DNA of 57,943 bases, taken from Pirellulaceae bacterium (GTDB taxonomy: Bacteria > Planctomycetota > Planctomycetia > Pirellulales > Pirellulaceae). The notes beneath the pieces were generated by a model. That model was not told where the DNA came from. It saw only the letters and a program-made list of their open reading frames with translations, and did not search any database. The DNA lies in contig JANQJJ010000102.1 of NCBI GenBank assembly GCA_028281725.1, forward strand, positions 1-57,943, given 5' to 3'. Of this stretch, positions 1 through 9,155 are shown piece by piece (position 1 is the first letter of the stretch; the number at the start of each line of letters is the position of its first letter). The position numbers and the translations under genes are program-made.

Positions 1-3000
1 CTACTGGGCATCGCAGCTTGTGTTGCTCGCCAGCTGGATCGTGTTGTTATTGACGATCGCCATCCCAGCCGCACGGCATATGGCGACTAGCCTGGGAGCA
101 AATTGGGCGGCTGATACAAGCCTATTCGCCACGCGCGCGCCGGATCGGCTGGGGTTCGCTTTGCTAATCTGCACCGGTGTTTTTTTGACATTCGTTTGCT
201 CCTGGCTGGGACAGATTCGCTCTCAGTGGAAGCTCAAGGTCTCCGTCGCTTACCTGCCGATCTTTTCGGCGTTTGCCACAGCGGCTTGGGTGGCATCTCC
301 GCTGGCGCTCCCGGCTGCACTGTGGGTCCTAGCCCTGTGGTTGGTCGGGAGTGAGCTACTTGCATGGTGGGGCCCGAGCGGATCACGTCTGTCTGAATCC
401 GGCTGGCGCCGGTTGTTTGCCCAGGACGAGAAAACGTCGCGAGAAGACGGGTGGTTGGCCTTAGGTCGAGGGTTGGCGTTAGGTCTGCTGCTCGTGGGAA
501 CGGTAGCCATACTGATCGTCGCTTGCTCCGATCGGCTGCCAACGGAATTGTCTCCGGCCAGCGCCGGTGGCTGGGGGGCTGGTGCGCTGGTGTTGTTGCG
601 ATTCCTGGGGCCGGTGTTGGTCGTGATGCTGGTGCGCTGGGCGCTGAGTGTCAGAGATGCTACGCATCCGGCCATGATCGCGATCAGCGGTTCGGCAGTC
701 GCCATCGCGGGAGGTTTCACGTCTTGCTTGGCCATTCCCAGCGCTCCGGCCTGGCCATCGTCGGGAATCGTCCTGCTGCAGGTGACGTCGCTCATTGCGG
801 CCGCTTTAGCCTGGTTGACCATGGGTATCACGACACTGCGCAACTTGACGGCCCTGCGGTTGGCCGCTGGCGGTACCGCCAGCCTCAGGCAGTTGCTTCC
901 CAAGGCCATGCAGGGCGCGCGGCAGCGGCGCATGGAAAAGGCAAGTTGGTCACTGAATCAATTCGCGCTGGCATCGGTCGTCGTGTTGTGTCTTGGCGCA
1001 GCCGCGGTGGCACTCGCCTATCCGCTACGTCCGCTGCCCGGTATCGACCGGCTTGGCGGGCCGCTGTCTGCTCTGAGTTTTGGGGTTACGACTTCGCTAT
1101 TTACGCTGCTTGCCAGTCGCCGCGGCAGCACGCATTTTGGGCTGCTTGCCATCGTTCTGGGACTTGCGGCACCCTTAGGTTCGGCCGCATACGCGAGTTG
1201 GTTGCTGGCCGATCCATCTCGGGGCAGCCTCTCGGCCAAGAACTTCGAACCGTTTCGATCTCTGGTGGTGCTCTGGCTGGCGGCGTTGGCGGTTGGTTTG
1301 GTGGCTCGAATTCGAGCGACGCTGAAGGAGCGCAGCCTCTCGGCATGGGGCGAATTCGGCTGGATTTTGCTGGCCGTAGGCGTGGGAGGGATATCGCTCG
1401 TCAGCATCACCCAAGATCCCAATTCGATTTGGCCGTTGGCTCAGTTGAGCACGCTCGCGCTAGTGACGGTGCTCAGCGGCGTGTTCTCGGGGCAAGCCTG
1501 GCGAGGCCACGTTGCGGCTGTTGCCGCCGCCGCTGGTCTGTGGAGTGGGCTTGGGGTTCGCGGTGGAGCGGATTGGCTCGAGCTAGTTTGGATCACGCTC
1601 TGGGGGCCCGCTTGGGTATCGCTGGTGTCCATCGCGGCGAGACTCTGGTGGCCTGCACGGTGGCCCGACGTGTTCAGCTACAGGGGCTCGCCGGGCGACG
1701 CCCGCTCCAACGCTCGAGTGGTTGATGCGAAACCGACTTCGCCGCGTCTAGAACCCGGGGAAGCGCCGCATCGGAACCCTTCGGCCCTGGCGATGACTAC
1801 GGTGGACCAGACCGTCAGCCTGCATGTTCCGGTGGCCTCAGCGATCCTGAGTTTTTTGTGGCTTGTTCGTGGCAATGCGACCGCCGTCGTCACAGCCCCC
1901 TCGGTAGCCTGGATTCTTGGGCTCTCGACAGCGGTCTTGGTGTTGGCTGTGATGCGGCTTTGGGATCAGCGCCGGGGCAAACGTGGCTTGGCCGTCTACA
2001 TGAGCCTCTTGTCCCTCTCGCTCGTGGCGGCCGCAGGCGGTTGTTTCTTGTACGAACTACCACCTTTGCAGTCGTGGCTGATGTGGATCACGAGTGGTCT
2101 TGGGGCGATGGCGATCATGGCTGGCCTGCTGCGCGAACTAGTGCGTGAATCATCGCGACTGGGACCCGCCCTCCGCTTGGGAACGATTGCCGATGATCCT
2201 GCCCACTTTCGGCACGCTCTGGGTTGGATGCCTGCAGTTCACACCGCGGCTGCGATACTGGCTCTTGTTCCGAGCGTCTTGCTGGTACTGGCGTTCGAAG
2301 AACGATCGATGCGCATTGCGGCTACCATGCTGCCGTTCGTCGGAGCCATCGCCATTCTGCCCATCGCGACCGAGCGCGGCAAAGCCGTTTATCGCTACAG
2401 CGGATTGTTCTTGATGTCAATTTCTTTCGCGCTGCTGTGGTGGGCGGACCTACCCGGTGCCTGGGCACAAGCCGATGGGAGCGACGCCTGGATCTACCTG
2501 CAGCGAGTTTTTGCGGCCCTGGTAACCTTGGGCGTTTCTTATCCCGCGTTGGCTCACGTGCTCCGCAGAAACGAACTTTGGGTCAAGCCACTGATGCACC
2601 TGGGCTGGGCTCTATTTGGGCTGGGAGTGGCGTGCGGCGCATCGATGTTGCTTGGAGAATTGAACCAAGTTTGGGGCGCCGCTGCCGTCAGCGCGTCGAC
2701 TGGCGACAAAATTATTACCCTGGTGGCCTGGGTCGCCGTCGTCGCCCGACTGCTTCAGTTTGCTGCTTGGCCGCAGGGTCTGGATCGCGCAGCGAGCATC
2801 TCTTCCCGAAAATTGGCCGTGTATGCTGCAGAGATCGGACTGGCATCGCTATCGGCGGCCTTTTATCTCCACTACCCCGATCTGTTCTCGGGCCTATTCG
2901 TGCGCTGGTGGCCCATCATCGTCTTCGCCATCGCTATGGTCAGTGCGGGAGTCGGCCACTGGCTGGGGCGGGTCGGTCAGTCCGTCCTGGGGGATCCTGT

Positions 3001-3694
3001 AGGTCAAAGTAGTCTGCTGCTACCTCTGATTCCGCTAGCCGGCGTCTGGTGGTTTAGGCCGGAGGGTACCGATTGGCTATGGAGTCAGTGGGGGCGGTAC
3101 TCGGTGCTGTTGTTGACGGCGGCCAGTCTCTACGGGTTGCATGGCTGGCTTCGCGAATCGGTCAAGCTGCGGGCATTCTCCGCGGGCCTGATGCTGATGG
3201 CGTTTTGGGCGTTCCTGCATAGCCGGCCAAATCTCCAGTTCTTTGAGCATCCGCAGTTCTGGTTGTTGCCACCAGCGCTCGCCACGTTGGTTTTTGTCGA
3301 GTTCAATCGAAAACGACTCGAGAGTCGTGTGGTCGTGGCGACCCGCTATCTGTCGATACTGACTGCCTACTTCAGCAGTACCGCTGAGATCCTTCTCAAA
3401 GCCTTCGAGGGGCAACTTTGGCAACCACTCCTGCTGCTCATGCTGGCGCTGGCGGGGGTTGCGGCCGGAATTGTGATGCGCGTCCGCGCGTTCCTGATCT
3501 GCGGTGCGGCGTTTACGATGGTGGCTCTGCTGGGAATGGTTTGGCACGCTCAGCAAGCGATCGGTCAAGTTTGGCCCTGGTGGGCTTTCGGCATCGCCAC
3601 CGGCATCAGCTTGATCGCGCTACTGGGCTATTTCGAGAAGAACCGACCGCGGGTGATTGCCTATCTGGAACGGTTCAAGCAATGGGAACAGTAA
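1..3694 (+). CDS. Very large polytopic integral membrane protein of unknown function (5'-truncated by the window)
   Basis: The frame is open from base 2 (YWASQLVLLASW...), so the true start lies upstream. More than 1200 aa of consecutive hydrophobic helices, ending GYFEKNRPRVIAYLERFKQWEQ, TAA at 3692-3694. Confidence 0.8.
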   Translation, partial: YWASQLVLLASWIVLLLTIAIPAARHMATSLGANWAADTSLFATRAPDRLGFALLICTGVFLTFVCSWLGQIRSQWKLKVSVAYLPIFSAFATAAWVASPLALPAALWVLALWLVGSELLAWWGPSGSRLSESGWRRLFAQDEKTSREDGWLALGRGLALGLLLVGTVAILIVACSDRLPTELSPASAGGWGAGALVLLRFLGPVLVVMLVRWALSVRDATHPAMIAISGSAVAIAGGFTSCLAIPSAPAWPSSGIVLLQVTSLIAAALAWLTMGITTLRNLTALRLAAGGTASLRQLLPKAMQGARQRRMEKASWSLNQFALASVVVLCLGAAAVALAYPLRPLPGIDRLGGPLSALSFGVTTSLFTLLASRRGSTHFGLLAIVLGLAAPLGSAAYASWLLADPSRGSLSAKNFEPFRSLVVLWLAALAVGLVARIRATLKERSLSAWGEFGWILLAVGVGGISLVSITQDPNSIWPLAQLSTLALVTVLSGVFSGQAWRGHVAAVAAAAGLWSGLGVRGGADWLELVWITLWGPAWVSLVSIAARLWWPARWPDVFSYRGSPGDARSNARVVDAKPTSPRLEPGEAPHRNPSALAMTTVDQTVSLHVPVASAILSFLWLVRGNATAVVTAPSVAWILGLSTAVLVLAVMRLWDQRRGKRGLAVYMSLLSLSLVAAAGGCFLYELPPLQSWLMWITSGLGAMAIMAGLLRELVRESSRLGPALRLGTIADDPAHFRHALGWMPAVHTAAAILALVPSVLLVLAFEERSMRIAATMLPFVGAIAILPIATERGKAVYRYSGLFLMSISFALLWWADLPGAWAQADGSDAWIYLQRVFAALVTLGVSYPALAHVLRRNELWVKPLMHLGWALFGLGVACGASMLLGELNQVWGAAAVSASTGDKIITLVAWVAVVARLLQFAAWPQGLDRAASISSRKLAVYAAEIGLASLSAAFYLHYPDLFSGLFVRWWPIIVFAIAMVSAGVGHWLGRVGQSVLGDPVGQSSLLLPLIPLAGVWWFRPEGTDWLWSQWGRYSVLLLTAASLYGLHGWLRESVKLRAFSAGLMLMAFWAFLHSRPNLQFFEHPQFWLLPPALATLVFVEFNRKRLESRVVVATRYLSILTAYFSSTAEILLKAFEGQLWQPLLLLMLALAGVAAGIVMRVRAFLICGAAFTMVALLGMVWHAQQAIGQVWPWWAFGIATGISLIALLGYFEKNRPRVIAYLERFKQWEQ

Positions 3695-3823
3695 GAGCGT
3701 CCCAGCGGCGAATCTGTGTTTCCAGCAGGACCGATGATGGGCGCCAGAGTCAGCAGCCGAAATGGCCTCTGGCTCTACGCGCTGTGCGGCGGGATTGAGG
3801 TCCGTGAGTTTTTTCCGAATTCG

Positions 3824-4660
3824 CTAGACACTCGTCTGCCGCGCGTCCGGGTGCGTGAAATCGAATCGCGCACTCTGGGAGAAGAACTCGACAGGGTTTT
3901 CGTAGACGACCCTTCTGATGGCGGCGTCGGAGTGACCACGACGACGGAGTTCAAGAATCAGATCGGCGATAGCGGTCGGCCGACTCGGTCCCCAGTCGCC
4001 GGCCGAGTTGGCCATCAGCCGTTCCGGCCCGTACTTCTCAATCATATCGGCGGCACGCTGTGGCGTGCATTTGGTGATTGGATAGAGAGTCATGCCGGCC
4101 CAAAAGCCGGCTTCGAGTACCGGTCCGATCGTATGCTCTTCGACGTGGTCGACCAGGACGCGGCTACGGTCAATTCGCGAATCGCCACACAACATATCCA
4201 GGATCATACGCGTTCCCTGATACTTGTCTTCCAAGTGGGGCGTGTGGATCAAGATCTGTTGGTTGTGCCGGACGGCCAGTTCCACGTGCTCAAGAAAGAT
4301 GGTCGCTTCGTTCTTCGTATTCTTGTTCAGTCCGATCTCGCCGATTCCCAGGACGTTGGGGCAGTCCAGAAACTCCGGGATCATCGCCAGCACTTCGCGC
4401 GAGAGCGAAACGTTCTCAGCTTCCTTCGCGTTGATGCACAGCCAAGTGAAGTGCTGAATCCCGAATTGAGCGGCACGCTTGGGCTCCGTCTCGGTCAGCT
4501 GCCGAAAGTAATCGCGAAAACTATCGACGCTGCCCCGGTCAAAACCGGCCCAGAAAGCCGGTTCACTAAGGGCAACGCACCCCATCTTGGCCAGCGTTTC
4601 ATAGTCGTCCGTAGTCCGCGAAACCATGTGAATGTGGGGGTCAATGTAGTACATGGTCAT
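3824..4660 (-). CDS. TatD-family metallohydrolase, EboB-like
   Basis: [35 protein letters not shown] and ANSAGDWG motifs typical of the EboB-like TatD subfamily; GGAG upstream of the ATG. Confidence 0.85.
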   Translation of the reverse strand: MTMYYIDPHIHMVSRTTDDYETLAKMGCVALSEPAFWAGFDRGSVDSFRDYFRQLTETEPKRAAQFGIQHFTWLCINAKEAENVSLSREVLAMIPEFLDCPNVLGIGEIGLNKNTKNEATIFLEHVELAVRHNQQILIHTPHLEDKYQGTRMILDMLCGDSRIDRSRVLVDHVEEHTIGPVLEAGFWAGMTLYPITKCTPQRAADMIEKYGPERLMANSAGDWGPSRPTAIADLILELRRRGHSDAAIRRVVYENPVEFFSQSARFDFTHPDARQTSV

Positions 4661-4755
4661 TCTCCAGAAGGCGGTGTTGGAGTGCCGCAGCTAAGGCCGC
4701 GGCTAGGATCTCCGCTGACAGGCGGTGGAGTCAGAGGGGACGATGGCGGGCCAAG

Positions 4756-5004
4756 CTAGATGTCGAACCTGTTGCGCCAACCTTCATCATACTCTCGGCT
4801 GAAGAGCAACTGAACTCGCGCAGCCTTTTCTCCGTCCTCATCCTCGAGAATTTTGCAACCGCCTCGCAGCAATCCCAGCTGCCGCTGGTCTACGCTGCTG
4901 GCGTCCGCCTCTGAGAGGCGATCAAAGAAGGAAGCGACTTCCAGAATCTTGGCACGGACCTGCAAGAATTCCTGGTCCAATACTTCGCGTGCGGATCGTG
5001 TCAT
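4756..5004 (-). CDS. Small conserved hypothetical protein (82 aa)
   Basis: Amphipathic helical sequence (VLDQEFLQVRAKILEVASFFDRL...RVQLLFSREYDEGW), co-oriented between the halogenase-like gene and the TatD-like gene. Confidence 0.7.
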   Translation of the reverse strand: MTRSAREVLDQEFLQVRAKILEVASFFDRLSEADASSVDQRQLGLLRGGCKILEDEDGEKAARVQLLFSREYDEGWRNRFDI

Positions 5005-5333
5005 GGGGCCAGTCTGTTCAGCGGGCGGCGGTATGATTCCACAAAGCCTCCATTGTCACCAGAAAATGGCGACAAACAAGGTCGCATCCTCGCTGGTGTC
5101 GCCGCGGCTGAAAGTGCAGGCCGCGAACCGTGGCTGCCGCATTTCCCAGTTTTGTCAGCCCCTTTGGTTTACTTGCCAAGGCGCGGGCTGCAAAACGCGC
5201 GTCCGAGGCCGGCATTCTGGCTGGTTTCCGCGTCAGGCCCTCATCCCCTCGCCACGGCAATGGCTTTCGCTTTGTCTGCGTGGACTCCGGCCCGCCAAGA
5301 TAGAACCTCCGGGAGTTATCCGGCCGAGTCCGA

Positions 5334-6578
5334 CTAGGCGATGGCTTTCTTCTCAACGGCTGCCTGGACGGCCGAATCCATCTCGCCAAATATGTCGCCG
5401 GCTCCATCATAAAAAATGCGACCAATTAAGAGGTCTGTCAGGTTTCCGCGGAACTGGGGATGGTCGCGCATAAAGCCGCCAAAGCTGAACTCGTTGGTAT
5501 AGAAGGCTTCGACCAGTTTGCGAATCCACCGGGAACCACCTTTGAAGTCTTCACACCACTTGCTCAGCTGGGGCGCCGAGAGATTGCCCGTATCGAAACC
5601 TTCATTGATCGCGTCGGCGGCCTTCTCGCCCATGACGAGCGCAAAATAGACACCCGACGAATAGATCGGATCGATAAACCCAAATGCGTCGCCGATCAAT
5701 ACCCAGCCATCCCCTGCATGCTGTTTCGTCCAATACGAGTACTCTTTGGCAACATGGACTTTGCCAACGCGTTCGGCGTGGACGAGTCGCGTTTGCAATC
5801 CAGGGCAGCGCTCCAGTTCCAGTTGATAGCGGGCCTCGGTATCCATGCCCGTTTTGAGCATGTAATCATTGTCGCCCACGCAGCCAATGCTAGTGATGTC
5901 ATTGCTGAGCGGAATGAACCAAAACCAGCTCTCCTTTTTGTCGGTATGCATGATGATCGTGGCGCCAGCATTGTCGCCTTCATCCCGCACAGCGTTCTTG
6001 TAGTAGCCCCAGATGGCGGATTTTTTGAGGTGAGAGATTTCCTCACGCAACCCGAGTTTGTTGGCAATCAAGGATTGTTGGCCCGATCCGTCCACCACGA
6101 CCTTGGCCGAGACCGTGCGAGTCGCGCCGCCGGGCGTTCGTAGCTTGACGCCGCGCGCAGCATGGTCGTCATCGAACAGAATGTCCAGCACACGGGTCTG
6201 GTCGTAGCAATCGGCACCTAGCTCGGCGGCGCGATCGAACAGCATCTTGTCGAAGTCGGCTCGCTCGACTTGCCAGGTCGTACTGCTTTCCCGAGGATCG
6301 TGCTCGGTGAAATAGAACGGGTCGGATTGTTTGCCCGAAGCGGTGACAAACTGGACGCTTTTCTTCGGTACAAACTGGCTGGCCTTCATACGTTCGATCA
6401 GACCGAGCCGTTGCAGAGGCCAGTAGCATTCGGGCATTAAGGACTCACCGACATGGAATCTGGGGATACTTTCCCGTTCGACTAACAACGTCGAACGCCC
6501 CGCCTCAGCTACCAACCCGGCTGCAGTGCATCCGGCCGGGCCACCGCCGATAACCACCACATCGTATGCGTCTCGCAT
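5334..6578 (-). CDS. FAD-dependent oxidoreductase, tryptophan-halogenase / flavin-dependent halogenase-like family
   Basis: DVVVIGGGPAG dinucleotide fold, PRFHVGESL, FVPKK (Lys at the halogenase position), WFWFIP (WxWxIP), GDAFGFIDPIYSSGV. Start placed at the MRDAYD ATG; an alternative upstream start is 6602. Confidence 0.85.
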   Translation of the reverse strand: MRDAYDVVVIGGGPAGCTAAGLVAEAGRSTLLVERESIPRFHVGESLMPECYWPLQRLGLIERMKASQFVPKKSVQFVTASGKQSDPFYFTEHDPRESSTTWQVERADFDKMLFDRAAELGADCYDQTRVLDILFDDDHAARGVKLRTPGGATRTVSAKVVVDGSGQQSLIANKLGLREEISHLKKSAIWGYYKNAVRDEGDNAGATIIMHTDKKESWFWFIPLSNDITSIGCVGDNDYMLKTGMDTEARYQLELERCPGLQTRLVHAERVGKVHVAKEYSYWTKQHAGDGWVLIGDAFGFIDPIYSSGVYFALVMGEKAADAINEGFDTGNLSAPQLSKWCEDFKGGSRWIRKLVEAFYTNEFSFGGFMRDHPQFRGNLTDLLIGRIFYDGAGDIFGEMDSAVQAAVEKKAIA

Positions 6579-6775
6579 CACGCCAATACCCTCTGCAAAC
6601 ACCTGATATCGCTTCTGAATCTATTGTAACTCCAGGCCGCGTTTGTGGCCGTCATCCGACCATTATTGCACCATCGGCAAGTGGCCGGGGCCGACTTCAA
6701 TGACCCGCTCTTTAGGGTGGTTTTGAGGTGCCTGCCACTTCCAGCCTATTCCTACTGCAGCGGGTAGCTGTCCAG

Positions 6776-9067
6776 CTAACCGGCCAGTCCGTCGTCTCGG
6801 CTCAATTCCACTCGCATGGCGTCGTGCTCCGCGCTCCAGTCTAGCAGCAGCAGTTGAGCGTGTGCTTGGCCATGTTCTACCAGCCACTTGGACAGCGGCG
6901 CGACAATGAGTGTTTCAATGGCCCGCTGTAGGGGCCGAGCACCGAGCTTCGATTGGAAGCCGACCTGGGCTAGCTGGTCCACCAGCGCGTCCGTCCACCG
7001 GATTTGGCGGCCGTACCGCTGCAAGCCTTCTCGCCCACGCAGATCGCTTAGTTCCTTTTCCGTGATTTTCCGAATGATCTCCCGGCTAAGGGGTGAGAAG
7101 GCGATGACGCTATCGAGCCGATTGAAGAACTCGGGGCGAAATGCCTTGCGCACTTCGCCAACGTAGTCGATCCCAGCGTCGTCACCGAATCCCAGCGCCG
7201 TGCTGCTTCGTGCACCAATGTTGCTGGTCATCAAGATCACGGCGTTGCGAAACGAAGTGACACGGCCGAGGCGATCTGTCAAACGTCCCTCGTCCAAAAC
7301 GCTCAGCAGGATATCGAACACGACCGATGAAGCTTTTTCAATTTCATCTAACAACACAATGCTCAGCGGTCGCGATCGAATCTGCTGGATCCAGCCGGCC
7401 GAGTTTCCTTCGGAGTCATTGAGAAAGCGAAATCCCGCGGACGCTCCGGAGTACTCGCTCATGTCGAGTCGAATGAGCGGCGTTTTCTCATCCGCAGCGC
7501 CAAACAGGTACTTGGCCAGCGATTTTGCCAGCTGCGTCTTTCCGACTCCGGTAGGGCCGCAGAACAGAATACAGCCAAAAGGTCGTTGGGGATCTTGGAC
7601 GGCAGATTTGATGCGCGTGATGGTCCCGGCAAGTTCGGCACAGGCGCTGTCTTGGCCAAGCACGTCCAGCGCCAATTCCGCTGCAACATCGTCTTTGCTA
7701 AGCGTCTTGGCATCGTCGATCAGGGTGAGCGGGAGACCGGTCCGCCTGCTGAACTGCTCCAGTACCCAACGCATCGTCCAGAGTCTGGGTTGATTCTGGT
7801 TTCGTCGCCGACCGGTCAATTCTTGGATGAAACGCATCGCGGGCCCGGGTGGCGCATGATGGCGCTGAAACTGGCGGCACAGTCGAGAAAGGTACTCGGG
7901 GATTTCCGGAGCAAACTGCAACTCGGTGGACTGAAGACGATTCGAAAGGGTCGTTTTGAGTAGAGTGACCTCGTGCTCGGCCTGCATGGGCGCGACATGG
8001 ATTGACGGTAGTGCGTCGACCAGGGCGGGCAAGAGCCTGCGGCAGGCGTCCAGCTCGGTTGGTGTTGCTTCGGCTACCAAACGAAGACTTCCGCTGCGCA
8101 GGTAGGGCAAGAGGAATGCGGCCAGAGAATCGCGAGGTTCGCGTCCTCCCACGGAAACCAAGTCGAGCAGGTTCTCGATGACGAGTACGCCGTCGATGTC
8201 GGCGAGTTCTGCGATGACCGACTCGAGTCGCTGTTGCCATTGGCCAAGATAGCGCATGCCGGCAATCAATCGACCTCCGCTACTGAGCCAGAACATGGGA
8301 AGAGTCGGGACCTGTGCCTTGGATGTTTCTTTCAACGTCTTCCGCTCTGCCCGTCGCTGAGTCTGCATGTCCCGGGCAACTGCGGCGATCAGCGTCGATT
8401 TGCCAACACCGGTTTCTCCCACAGCCAAACAACTACCCTTGGAGATCGTCTCATGGAGTCGTTCCAAGATGTCGTCGCGCGAGCCGCTGGCGATCGTTAG
8501 GCTGCGGCGATCCGTCATCGGCTCAGCCACTGTCGAGAGCACGCGAACATACTTGCCGGAGCGGAATCGTCTGGGCTCCGCCAAGGTCAATCGCATCCAG
8601 CGCAGTTCGCTCGTTTTCACTGGCCATAGGCGGTGGATTTGGCGCGGTGAAAGGGTAGCCGTCAACGAGCGAATGGTTTCGGAGAGGATGGTTTTTAGTA
8701 GGCCCTGTTCTGGTACATAAAGGATCTCGCCGAAGTCTGGAAGCATGCAATAGATCTGATCGCGACCGTCGACCAACTCAACATATCGCACCGGCAATGA
8801 CACTCTGGGGCCAGCCGGATATCTGCGATCATTGTCTATGACAACCGGCTGAACCCAAAAACTCTTCTGATGCAGCGTCGCATCACGCCATGTCGCGAGT
8901 GACGAAATGCGATACTTTTTGACTTCACGAATAAGACTCCGCTTGAGTAGTCGCATGGCCTGTTCGGTGGATATGCCAACCGCCTGATGGGATAGACCGT
9001 CGAGCAATTGCGCGACGGCAACGCCCGGTTGCGGCTGGCTAATCAAGATGGGCATGCGAGCAAACAA
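6776..9067 (-). CDS. ClpA/ClpB-family double AAA+ ATPase, divergent (763 aa)
   Basis: Walker A GETGVGKS and GPTGVGKT; LIAGMRYLGQW; RLDMSEY; LLDEIEKA; GRLTD; TSNIGA..LGF; RPEFFNRLD; GARPLQR. Start at TTG 9067 or ATG 9055. Confidence 0.85.
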   Translation of the reverse strand: MFARMPILISQPQPGVAVAQLLDGLSHQAVGISTEQAMRLLKRSLIREVKKYRISSLATWRDATLHQKSFWVQPVVIDNDRRYPAGPRVSLPVRYVELVDGRDQIYCMLPDFGEILYVPEQGLLKTILSETIRSLTATLSPRQIHRLWPVKTSELRWMRLTLAEPRRFRSGKYVRVLSTVAEPMTDRRSLTIASGSRDDILERLHETISKGSCLAVGETGVGKSTLIAAVARDMQTQRRAERKTLKETSKAQVPTLPMFWLSSGGRLIAGMRYLGQWQQRLESVIAELADIDGVLVIENLLDLVSVGGREPRDSLAAFLLPYLRSGSLRLVAEATPTELDACRRLLPALVDALPSIHVAPMQAEHEVTLLKTTLSNRLQSTELQFAPEIPEYLSRLCRQFQRHHAPPGPAMRFIQELTGRRRNQNQPRLWTMRWVLEQFSRRTGLPLTLIDDAKTLSKDDVAAELALDVLGQDSACAELAGTITRIKSAVQDPQRPFGCILFCGPTGVGKTQLAKSLAKYLFGAADEKTPLIRLDMSEYSGASAGFRFLNDSEGNSAGWIQQIRSRPLSIVLLDEIEKASSVVFDILLSVLDEGRLTDRLGRVTSFRNAVILMTSNIGARSSTALGFGDDAGIDYVGEVRKAFRPEFFNRLDSVIAFSPLSREIIRKITEKELSDLRGREGLQRYGRQIRWTDALVDQLAQVGFQSKLGARPLQRAIETLIVAPLSKWLVEHGQAHAQLLLLDWSAEHDAMRVELSRDDGLAG

Positions 9068-9155
9068 GGGTAATTATTTCCTCTTTCCAACGTGCATGAA
9101 GACTCGGTCGCTGGAGTCGCTCCGTAGCGGCGCCGCGTTTTTTCGTGTGACTATG

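Noticed and set aside
3716-4759. 347-aa plus-strand ORF, and similar long antisense or alternative-frame ORFs (e.g. 451-1725, 10398-11606, 39128-40114)
   Set aside because: They overlap well-supported genes, have no motifs and show the composition of shadow ORFs expected in GC-rich DNA.
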